Shown here: piece by piece, positions 1 to 8,122 of the stretch
How the letters are laid out: every line of letters begins with the position of its first letter
Position numbering within the stretch: the first letter of the stretch is position 1
DNA from: an uncultured delta proteobacterium
Lineage (GTDB): Bacteria; Desulfobacterota; Binatia; UBA9968
NCBI GenBank assembly: GCA_963816145.1
Contig: CAWFJP010000001.1
Span: forward strand, 192,001 to 256,000
DNA length: 64,000 bases
Direction: 5' to 3'
Notes under the pieces: generated by a model
Seen by the model: the letters and a program-made list of their open reading frames with translations, nothing else
Told to the model about the DNA's origin: nothing
The model's database searches: none
Position numbers and translations under genes: made by a program

Positions 1-574
1 TTGTGAAGAACAACAGGCTTCGGTTCCCCTGGGCTTCCGCAGGAAACATCTGTTTGAAGTCCTCAAAGTGAGGAGCCGAGTTGTAGGGAAACTTTCCTCC
101 ATCGTCGAGAATCACTGTTTCTCCCCCCCAGGCAGGGTCCCAGTCTTGGCTCGTATTAAAGTAAAAAATGTGAGAGCCGAGTTTTCGCCGCGCATCGCAA
201 TGGGGAGAAACAGAGCAACCGCTCGGCGTGTAGTGCCAGTGGAAGAGCAGCTCGAACGAGCGGTTTCCGGTGAGCCGAGAGACAATACTTTGGTAGTCTC
301 CCCCTCTGAGTTCTGCAATGAACTCCTTCCACGGCGGGGCGATATCCAGACCATCATGATATTCAAGAGTGAAACGATCATGGCTCTGCTGTTGATATCG
401 ACGTTCCACTCCAAATTGGGGGCTGAACAGAGTCAGAGGGGGGAGGCTTTCGCGCAGAAGCTGAAATCCCTCTTCTGTCAATATTCCTTGAGGATTAATC
501 CAGGGGTAGGGCTTCTGCGACCGCAATGCGACCGAATCAATAGCCCGGAGCTGTTCCAAGTCAAGATACTTCAT
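1..574 (-). CDS. 2OG-Fe(II) oxygenase family protein (3' end runs off the window; absent from the ORF track)
   Basis: Manual translation from ATG 574 (AAGGA upstream): MKYLDLEQLRAID...FHWHYTPSGCSVSPHCDARRKLGSHIFYFNTSQDWDPAWGGETVILDD...NRSLLFFT, open to position 1. It has the HxD iron ligand motif and the W-x-x-x-W-G-G-E motif. Confidence 0.8.
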   Translation of the reverse strand, partial: MKYLDLEQLRAIDSVALRSQKPYPWINPQGILTEEGFQLLRESLPPLTLFSPQFGVERRYQQQSHDRFTLEYHDGLDIAPPWKEFIAELRGGDYQSIVSRLTGNRSFELLFHWHYTPSGCSVSPHCDARRKLGSHIFYFNTSQDWDPAWGGETVILDDGGKFPYNSAPHFEDFKQMFPAEAQGNRSLLFFT

Positions 575-599
575 CACCGATTCCTTCACTGTTCTACCA

Positions 600-3002
600 T
601 TATTGTGACTTCGGAGCATAGGTCACGGGCACCCCTTGGGATTTTCCCATTCCCATGAGTGTTTGTACCCGCTGAACAATTTCTTCGACTTCTTGGAGTC
701 CTGGAGACTTCGTCATGTCCAAGGGCTCACCGAAAAAACGAGCAATCCCCCGTTGTATCAAGGTTTGGTGTAACACACCGAGGTCCGGCTGCGGCAGGAC
801 GACACCACGCTCGACTAGTCGGGCACACAGATATTCCAGGCCTTGCTGCGGACGCACCGTTCCGCGCACGTTCATTCGCTGTAACGAGGAGCGGGCGACG
901 ATCCATTCTTTCAGTCGGGTCCACCGGTCGAGCTGTTGCTTGGGAAGGGGATAAATATAGACTGGTTTCCCAGTGGCTGCTGCTTCCGCCAGCATCGATT
1001 CGCTTTCTCCGGTCACAATCAGGATGTCTGCTAAAGCCAGGTAGGCGAGATAAGGATTTTCTGATCGATCCGGTTGCCACTCGTACAGATGACAAGAATC
1101 ACCGAGTCCTTTCGTCAATGCCGCCGTGGCTTGTGATCCCGTGCGGCGGCTCGTCGTGGCAAAGACCGCACCTCTCGTGGCTTCAGCGAAGGCACGGACC
1201 TCTACACCTAGACGGTACGCCGTTTCCTCATCGAAACGGCATGCGTACGAGGCCCCCCCCACCAACAGAGCAATACGCGGGCGTGGCGTATTTGCCAATA
1301 AGTCATGCCAGCGCTCGGCAGTCTGCCAGAGTTGTTCCGAAGAGACTTCAGTGAGCGGGACGACGGTTTCGATCCGCCGAGAATGAGGCGGCAAGCGAAA
1401 GTACCGGCAACTAATCGCAAGATCGTACAGATGCGCGACATGGGTGCCTTTGCGCCCCATTTGCACAAGGCGCGTATGATCGTGGCTTTGTTTTTTGATC
1501 CAACGTGCGATGTGGGCAGTACGCCACCCGGTGGTAATAACCAGGTCAGGCCAGGGCCGAGTGAGCACAGCCGACTGCGTTCGTTTGAGACCAAGCTGCG
1601 TTGCGCCGAAGTATCCGAACAGGAAGTCGTGGAGATGTATGCGCCAGGTAAAATGCAGTTCTTTGACTTCGTATGGCCAACCCAAGGCTTTGGCAAGACC
1701 GAGAGACTGTGTGGTGTTTCCCGGGTGATCGTCCGTCAGTACCCACACACTGGGATTGCCGTTAAAGCGGCGGCCTCCTGCGCATGACTGAGTGACTTGT
1801 CGTCCCCAGCGATTGCGCGTATGCACGATGAGCTGCCAGTGTCTCCCTGGGTGACGGCAACTCGCAGCTTCAAGCTGTGCCGCCCACCAGGACTCTGGGC
1901 GCGGGCAATGAGAAACCTGTATTCCGTGACCTGGCACGCTCGTCCGTCTAGCCGTTGTGACGGTTACCGCCACCTTGCGGCGAGCAGAGCGGAACAACTC
2001 ATCAAGGACCCACGGTACATCCTCGTCTGGCAAACAATCCAAGACCTCGGTGGAGACGATGTCGGCAATCGGTTTCTTGGAACGGCCTGTCTCCGACAGC
2101 AAAACAAGGTCATACCAGGAAACGTTTTGCTGCTCAGGCGCCGACAGATGCTCCTTGGCTGGGTGCTCCTCTGGCGTATGCGTGGATTCGTCGGCCTGAC
2201 GAATCTGCGTGCATAACATTTTGTACTCCTGGCTTGGGTGCGCGGCAGTGAAGACTCGATACGCGGCGGCGTCTGCAGCACGCTCCAGGGCAAACCATAC
2301 CTCGCCGGCAGGGTTGTGCTGGTAGGCATAGCGATCCGGCGTTGGCTGCCAGGGTTGCATATGGATGGCGGTGTAATGCAGGAGCTTCGAGTGATGAGGG
2401 ACATATTCTGTATCACGCGCGTGCCACACTGGGTCGAGTCGTCCATACAAGCCAGGTATTGCCCGTGCCTTCCCCTCCATGAAACCTCTGCGCTGGCTTT
2501 GGGCTTCCGCAAGAGTCCATACAGAAGCCATCCGGGCGCAATCGATCAACATGACTGCTGTATCGTGATCGGAGAGGGCCAGAAAACCGTGGTCTCCGAG
2601 ATCCGCATCAAACAATTCTCCCGGATCGCCAAGGTACACTTGATCAACATCGTTATAGATGGCTTTCCCGAATCCGCCGGCAAAATCCGGAATCGCGAGC
2701 CGATAATTGGTGAAGCCCGTGAGCCACCCTCGTCGGTCGAATCCGACTAAATCTTTCATGAGATAAATCTCATAGATCCGGCTCGGGTCGCGGACTTGTT
2801 CGATCGACCAGAAAAAGACCCGCTCGGCGCGATACTGTGCGGGTTCGGTACCGACAAAGATACGGACCGGCGGTTTTGGACTCGGGGCTACACCCTCCCG
2901 TACGCCTAAGACAACACACTCAGGCTGTGCACGTATGCCTGGTGGACGAGCCACTCTACGGGATTTCTCTAGCAAGGCCATCGTGTCTACGTTCGCGGTC
3001 AA
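600..3002 (-). CDS. Multidomain protein: N-terminal GT-A (GT8/CDI-like) glycosyltransferase, partial class I methyltransferase-like segment, C-terminal ELM1/GtrOC1-family domain
   Basis: IFVGTEP...TGFTNYR...AIYNDVDQ (DxD motif); middle STEVLDCLPDEDVPWVLDELF; C-terminal VWVLTDDHPGNTTQSLGLAKALG, PWPDLVI, TTSRRT, NPYLAYLALADILIVTGESESMLAEAAATGKPVY, typical of ELM1. Confidence 0.75.
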   Translation of the reverse strand: MTANVDTMALLEKSRRVARPPGIRAQPECVVLGVREGVAPSPKPPVRIFVGTEPAQYRAERVFFWSIEQVRDPSRIYEIYLMKDLVGFDRRGWLTGFTNYRLAIPDFAGGFGKAIYNDVDQVYLGDPGELFDADLGDHGFLALSDHDTAVMLIDCARMASVWTLAEAQSQRRGFMEGKARAIPGLYGRLDPVWHARDTEYVPHHSKLLHYTAIHMQPWQPTPDRYAYQHNPAGEVWFALERAADAAAYRVFTAAHPSQEYKMLCTQIRQADESTHTPEEHPAKEHLSAPEQQNVSWYDLVLLSETGRSKKPIADIVSTEVLDCLPDEDVPWVLDELFRSARRKVAVTVTTARRTSVPGHGIQVSHCPRPESWWAAQLEAASCRHPGRHWQLIVHTRNRWGRQVTQSCAGGRRFNGNPSVWVLTDDHPGNTTQSLGLAKALGWPYEVKELHFTWRIHLHDFLFGYFGATQLGLKRTQSAVLTRPWPDLVITTGWRTAHIARWIKKQSHDHTRLVQMGRKGTHVAHLYDLAISCRYFRLPPHSRRIETVVPLTEVSSEQLWQTAERWHDLLANTPRPRIALLVGGASYACRFDEETAYRLGVEVRAFAEATRGAVFATTSRRTGSQATAALTKGLGDSCHLYEWQPDRSENPYLAYLALADILIVTGESESMLAEAAATGKPVYIYPLPKQQLDRWTRLKEWIVARSSLQRMNVRGTVRPQQGLEYLCARLVERGVVLPQPDLGVLHQTLIQRGIARFFGEPLDMTKSPGLQEVEEIVQRVQTLMGMGKSQGVPVTYAPKSQ

Positions 3003-3011
3003 ACAGTCGCT

Positions 3012-4493
3012 TCAGGCAACTGTGGCTGGCGCGCTGGCGGGTGGGTGGCGAAATTTTAAAACGGTAAAAAAATACGACGCGCCCAGCGGCCACGCATAGG
3101 CAACCAGCATCCAGAAGAGGACCGATTTGTTGCCGAGGAAGCTTGCGAGAAAAATGTAAAACGTACGAATGTCGCCTTTCGTAAACGGCTGAATTCTCCG
3201 AAACACAGCGAACCAACGGGTCTCCGCCTGCGTTTTCAAAAAGTCGACGCCCATGGCTTGGATGCTCACGTATCCCGCTCGCCGCAAAAAACGACTGTGA
3301 TAAACGACGGCGCTCCCATACCATGCGGCGGTTGCCAACGCGACAACAAGATACCCCAGATCGCGATGCGATTCGCGATAACACGCGATGGTCAAAAATA
3401 CAAACGGAAGCGCGAAGCGCAGGTCGTCAATGAGCATATCGAACCGTGCTCCGGCTTCCGATTCATAATTGCGGATGCGTGCGACCTCACCATCACACCG
3501 GTCTAACACCCCGGCAGAAAACTGCCACACAACGGCAAACACGAGCATTGCCCAGTACTGCGGGATGAGCAGAAAAGCGGAGGCGAAGAGGAATAGGCCG
3601 AGTTCCAGGATGCTAATCGCGTTTGGGCTGAAGCCAAAACGCACAAATAAGAACGTCAAGGGTTTGGAGAGGTGGGAGTTGACCAGTTTGGAAAATTCCC
3701 CACTAATTTCTTTGAAAGCAATACGCCAAAAAAATTCAGTCCGGTCCTCTTGCGATTCTCTTCCAGTAACCGGCAGCCACCAAACATTTTCGACGAACCC
3801 CAGCCTGAGGAGTTGCTGCTTGCGCCAGTGGTGGATCAGATCAGCAACATTGCTCCATGAAAGGTGTTCCAAATGAACGCGATGACAAACAACCACGTCG
3901 GTGCTGAAGACGCCATTGGAGAGGGTGGAAGAGACTTCTACCGGATCAGCAGGTCCGACATCGAAGCTGTTGCTCTGGAAAACGGTTTTATCGAGCGCAA
4001 TCTTGGTAAAGGACTCGGGATGGGCAAAGATCACTTTGAATTTGTCCGGGAATGCACTCTCGAAAGCGACCTTCCCTTCATTTAACCACACATTTTTATA
4101 GACAGCGAGCACCGGTTTTGGTGATGCGGCAAATTGGGCCAGCTGCGCAAAAAATGTCGGATGGACAACTTTATCTGTTTCGAACAGCAAAAAAGACGTA
4201 TCCCATGGTTCGGCGAGACGGGACACTACCTCAGAAAGTGTCTCACCGGTACGGATCGGACAAATATCAAAATCCAGCGCAAGTCGGGTTCGTGCCTTCC
4301 CGATTAGCGCAACAATCGTTTCACGGTCTTCCTCATGACTAACGATCCCTACGGATCGTATCCCTGCCTTTGACAGAGCAACCAGAGCGCGGGTCAACAG
4401 GGGTTCCCCACCGTACACCGCGTCATACGTTGCCTTGGTAGGTGCCGTATTCAGAGCCAAAAGAACGACCTTTGTGATGCCTGCCACTGCCAT
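3012..4493 (-). CDS. CDP-alcohol phosphatidyltransferase with an N-terminal nucleotidyltransferase-like domain
   Basis: Signature D-G-x2-A-R-x8-G-x3-D-x3-D (DGEVARIRNYESEAGARFDMLID); N-terminal YGGEPLLTRALVALSKAGI resembles NTP-transferase folds. Confidence 0.8.
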   Translation of the reverse strand: MAVAGITKVVLLALNTAPTKATYDAVYGGEPLLTRALVALSKAGIRSVGIVSHEEDRETIVALIGKARTRLALDFDICPIRTGETLSEVVSRLAEPWDTSFLLFETDKVVHPTFFAQLAQFAASPKPVLAVYKNVWLNEGKVAFESAFPDKFKVIFAHPESFTKIALDKTVFQSNSFDVGPADPVEVSSTLSNGVFSTDVVVCHRVHLEHLSWSNVADLIHHWRKQQLLRLGFVENVWWLPVTGRESQEDRTEFFWRIAFKEISGEFSKLVNSHLSKPLTFLFVRFGFSPNAISILELGLFLFASAFLLIPQYWAMLVFAVVWQFSAGVLDRCDGEVARIRNYESEAGARFDMLIDDLRFALPFVFLTIACYRESHRDLGYLVVALATAAWYGSAVVYHSRFLRRAGYVSIQAMGVDFLKTQAETRWFAVFRRIQPFTKGDIRTFYIFLASFLGNKSVLFWMLVAYAWPLGASYFFTVLKFRHPPASAPATVA

Positions 4494-4513
4494 CCGCGAA
4501 ACGCTCCGTTATG

Positions 4514-5245
4514 TCACACTAGTTTTCTTGAAACGCCAGGTCGATAAGATTGCGGCCGCAAGGGATTCCCTTTGGGAGGATCTTGAATATTAAGTTCTCT
4601 CATCCTTAAAAAGGTAAATCCCAGGAAATAGAGAAAAAAGGCTATGGCAATACACAACACGATAGCGTCAAAAGAGAAAATGCTTACGCTACCCAGATTA
4701 ATCAACGGATTGGTGCCGAAATAGAATATGGCGTTCACGCCGAGAAGAAACACGCGAACTTCTGTGGGGCCGATTTTGCCGTAAGAAATTTTGTACACTC
4801 CGGATACGGCGGTGTTGATATTCGTTAAAACCCCAAGGTGCAAATAACCGACGAGCGCTAGAAGCGCGAAGTTGAAGTGGACAAACGGAGATAATCCCAG
4901 GCCGAGAAAAAATATGGTTTGCGTTGTGATATCAACAGTATGATCGACGAAATAACCGTATTGGAATCGTTCGATTTTGCGGTATCGTGCCAATGAGCCA
5001 TCGAGACTATCTCCGAACCAATTGATCAGAAGGCCAAGATCAACGATCCATAGAAAATTTTTATTCGCATTGCACAACCAGAACCCAATCGCCATGACTA
5101 CCCCGCCAATCAAGCCAACCCCAGTGAGTATGTCGGGAGTCATCCAGGCAGGCATGTGTTTACATAGCCACTGCAACGCAGTTCGTTCCAGCGGCGCGAG
5201 GAAAGTGTCGTTGACACGAACGTCGGCTGTCTTGGAGGTATCCAT
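4514..5245 (-). CDS. CDP-alcohol phosphatidyltransferase family protein
   Basis: TPDILT motif and GDSLDGSLARYRKIERFQYGYFVDHTVD signature; several TM segments. Confidence 0.88.
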   Translation of the reverse strand: MDTSKTADVRVNDTFLAPLERTALQWLCKHMPAWMTPDILTGVGLIGGVVMAIGFWLCNANKNFLWIVDLGLLINWFGDSLDGSLARYRKIERFQYGYFVDHTVDITTQTIFFLGLGLSPFVHFNFALLALVGYLHLGVLTNINTAVSGVYKISYGKIGPTEVRVFLLGVNAIFYFGTNPLINLGSVSIFSFDAIVLCIAIAFFLYFLGFTFLRMRELNIQDPPKGNPLRPQSYRPGVSRKLV

Positions 5246-5311
5246 CAGCGTTCTCTTTTATCACAAAATCGAGTAACTCAAGCTGTTTTTCTTGCAACCG
5301 CAGTTCGCTAC

Positions 5312-6451
5312 TCAGACTGCTTTTTCATAAATACGGTAGCGTTTATACGGGATGCCACCGATCATCGTGAGCATATTCCGCATCGGCATGTTATCTTCCA
5401 GAATCCAGGACAGTTCAACTTCCTGAACTCCGCGCCTGATTCCATAGCCGCGCACGGCATCGATAAGCAGGAACCCCAGCGCGGCTCCAAGCGGGCTTCG
5501 CTGAAAACGTTTGCGCACTCCCATCAGGACAACGCGAGCCGTTTTCGGAGATTTCACTTTCAGCCGCCACAAGAGCTTGAGCCAGCCAAATGGAAGCAAA
5601 CGTCCCTGCAGGTCTCGTATCACTTCATTTAAGTTCGGCAAGGCTACGATCATCGCGGCCGGCACGCCGTCCACTTCCGCTATTTGCACGGCATCGTCAT
5701 CGACTAGCAGTCGCAAGCTGTAGCCTAGATGCCGAACCTCGTCTTTGCTGAATGGAATGAATCCCCAGTTGGTAGACCAGGCATCCTCGAAAATGTCCTT
5801 AATAATTTCGAGGTCCTCATTTAACCGTGATCTGCGCAGTGGCCTGACCCGCGCGCGGCCAGCGGCTTTGTTCATAACGGCCTTCATGATCTCGGGGGGG
5901 GTGAATTGGGCGGAGAGACGATAGGCCAGCAAGTCTTTTACGCCCTGGTATCCCTCGGCTGTCAGCCGAGCGGCATAGTACGGGCGGGAGTGGCCCATCA
6001 TAATCATTGGGGGGGTGTCGTAACCGTCCACAAGAAGCCCGCACTCCTGGTTGATGGAAAAGTTGAACGGGCCGCGAACTCGCAACATGCCCTGGTCACG
6101 CAGCCAGCCTTCAGCCGTGCTCAACAGTTCGTGAAACGTCCCCGCCTCATTCTCGGCCTCGAGGAACCCAAAAAAACCGGTGGCATCCCGATACCTCTCT
6201 TCGTGCAATTCATCAATTTGGGCGCTGATCCGACCGACTGGCCTGCTCCCGCGGTAGGCAAGCCAAAAACAGCAGCGCGCGTGCGTGAAGTATGGGTTGC
6301 GGGGAGAAAAGTGCTCGCGTCGCTCTAGCAACAAATGCGGGACCCATGTTGGGTCGTCGGCATAGACCGACCAAGGCACGCGAATGAACCGGCGCATGTC
6401 GCGGGAGTTACGTACCGGCACGATTCTTATCGATTCGACAGCGGGACGCAC
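5312..6451 (-). CDS. GNAT-family N-acyltransferase, YghO / bacterial ceramide synthase (bCerS)-like
   Basis: 379 aa; GRISAQID, GFFGFLEA, RGPFNFSINQECGLLVDG, PPMIMMGH, AWSTNWGFIP and ELSWILEDNMPM are characteristic of the YghO/bCerS family. Confidence 0.8.
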   Translation of the reverse strand: MRPAVESIRIVPVRNSRDMRRFIRVPWSVYADDPTWVPHLLLERREHFSPRNPYFTHARCCFWLAYRGSRPVGRISAQIDELHEERYRDATGFFGFLEAENEAGTFHELLSTAEGWLRDQGMLRVRGPFNFSINQECGLLVDGYDTPPMIMMGHSRPYYAARLTAEGYQGVKDLLAYRLSAQFTPPEIMKAVMNKAAGRARVRPLRRSRLNEDLEIIKDIFEDAWSTNWGFIPFSKDEVRHLGYSLRLLVDDDAVQIAEVDGVPAAMIVALPNLNEVIRDLQGRLLPFGWLKLLWRLKVKSPKTARVVLMGVRKRFQRSPLGAALGFLLIDAVRGYGIRRGVQEVELSWILEDNMPMRNMLTMIGGIPYKRYRIYEKAV

Positions 6452-6797
6452 GGCAGGAGCTTACTCGCCGGAACCCGAGCCGGCAAGCGCTGAGACGCAA
6501 CCGGGACTACAACCCACAGCTCCTTCCGATCGGCGAAATTACAACCTCCACATCCTCTAAATTTTTTTCTTGTAACATCGTTTTCATCTTCGTTCAAGTA
6601 AACCTGGTAAACGATAAACCACGTAACGTCCCAATTTTGGGCGGCGACGCTGGAAATATTGAGACAGACGCATCCCAATTCCACTCAGTGGTCATAATAG
6701 ATTTACGTCAGATATCCTCGCGCTCATTAGGCACACAATGTCTCGCCCCATCGATAATTCGACAGTGCCCTTTGTTTAGAAATCGCGCGTCGTGCCG

Positions 6798-6815
6798 TTG
6801 ACGGACAACCGTCAA
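6798..6815. promoter_or_regulatory. Perfect palindrome TTGACGG-N4-CCGTCAA, candidate operator in a divergent promoter region
   Basis: Sequence ttgacggacaaccgtcaa, 34 nt upstream of the 6850 ORF; the left arm resembles a -35 box. Confidence 0.35.
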
Positions 6816-6849
6816 ATGTGTCAAAACTGCCGACAGGCTCACAAATAGT

Positions 6850-7845
6850 TTGTCCGAGATGAAGCATCGTTTTTCCTTCAAGAAATTTCTCTATTACCGA
6901 ACAGGGGAATATTGCCTAAGGGCAATTATCTTCCTCGTTCCGAGGATCCCGCAACGCCTGATCGTCCTCATCACGGCGGCGACCGTCCGACTAACTTTCG
7001 CTATTTTATGGTCATACCGAAAACTGATGGAAGTGAACGTCTCCATGGCCTTGAGCGACGAATCCTTACCGGTGGAGACGAGAAAGAGCGTGGCTCGTAC
7101 GACCTGGAGGAATTTTGTCCAGGGACTTTATGAGACTGCCTGCACCCTTTATACCTCCAGGGACGCGATATGTGCCAGCGTTGCTATTGAGGGCGAGGAG
7201 TATTTGAAGCGGGCTTTGGAAAAGGGCAACGGAGTGATCGCTCTCGGCCCTCATTTAGGAAATTTTACTATGATTGGTCCCCGTCTTGCCGCGGCCGAAT
7301 ACCCCGCCAGCATTTTAGTCAAGCAACCACCAGACGAAAGATTATCCCGCTTGCTTGACAGCTACAGAGCGAAGGCTGGGGTAAAAACGATATCGGCTAA
7401 GCCGCGCAGGCAGGCGGCCCGACAAATCCTTGGCGCATTAAGGCGGAACGAAGTGGTTATTATCCTCCCGGATGCGTTTAAATCTGGAAAAGTAAACACG
7501 CAGTTTTTGGGTGCCCCTGTCTATATTCGCCGTGGTCCCGTGACCCTGGCTTTACGCGCGGGCGCGGCGGTTCTTCCTATGTGTGTCACGCGCGACGCTG
7601 AGGATCGTCTGACCCTTCGTATCAGCCCTGAAATCGATCTCGTCAAGACAGGAGACCTGCAGCAGGATGTTGCTGCAAATCTCGCCCTGTTTACTCGTCA
7701 TTTGGAAGACATGGTGCGGCTGTATCCCGATCAGTGGTGTCGGCTTTCAGCGCAAGGAACGGAAAGCAATAATGTCCGGCCGATGTTTTCTGATTTTGTG
7801 CAGCCGGCAGTCGAACTGAAAGAGGTTAAAGAACGCCGCTCATGA
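6850..7845 (+). CDS. Lysophospholipid / lipid A late (LpxL-like) acyltransferase
   Basis: GEEYLKRALEKGNGVIALGPHLGNF, LRRNEVV, LEDMVRLYPDQW. Confidence 0.8.
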   Translation: MSEMKHRFSFKKFLYYRTGEYCLRAIIFLVPRIPQRLIVLITAATVRLTFAILWSYRKLMEVNVSMALSDESLPVETRKSVARTTWRNFVQGLYETACTLYTSRDAICASVAIEGEEYLKRALEKGNGVIALGPHLGNFTMIGPRLAAAEYPASILVKQPPDERLSRLLDSYRAKAGVKTISAKPRRQAARQILGALRRNEVVIILPDAFKSGKVNTQFLGAPVYIRRGPVTLALRAGAAVLPMCVTRDAEDRLTLRISPEIDLVKTGDLQQDVAANLALFTRHLEDMVRLYPDQWCRLSAQGTESNNVRPMFSDFVQPAVELKEVKERRS

Positions 7846-8054
7846 AGCGTTCCGCTTCCTAGGATTGCTTCACCATCAACGAACAGCCTGAGCAGTTTCA
7901 CACCCAAGGCCGCAAAGACATTATAAAGCGTTATCCCCAGGTGAAGGTATTGTTTGGCCCTTATCCTCTGTCAGCCCTCCTCATTGTCGGGCTGGTCGCT
8001 CTGCAATGGACAGTGGCCTGGCTGCTTTGCGATCAGCCGTGGTACGTGATTTAG
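7842..8054 (+). pseudogene. Truncated sphingolipid delta-4 desaturase (DEGS1/Lipid_DES-like) N-terminal fragment
   Basis: ATGA overlap with the upstream stop; reads MKRSAS*DCFTINEQPEQFHTQGRKDIIKRYPQVKVLFGPYPLSALLIVGLVALQWTVAWLLCDQPWYVI*, matching the H-x2-R-R-x2-I-L-x2-Y-P-E-I-K-x-L pattern followed by a TM helix. Confidence 0.65.
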
Positions 8055-8122
8055 CCCGGATTGCCACGCTGACGCCGTTTGGAACCAACCCTGGAAGCGC
8101 GGCCAAGTTTGCGTTGGTAACG

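Noticed and set aside
68-658. 196-aa plus-strand ORF
   Set aside because: Antisense shadow of the minus-strand 2OG-Fe(II) oxygenase; no motifs.
6427-6684. 85-aa ORF upstream of the GNAT gene; FADRKELWVV faintly recalls a serine palmitoyltransferase C-terminus
   Set aside because: The similarity is too short to support, and the region looks like AT-rich promoter DNA.
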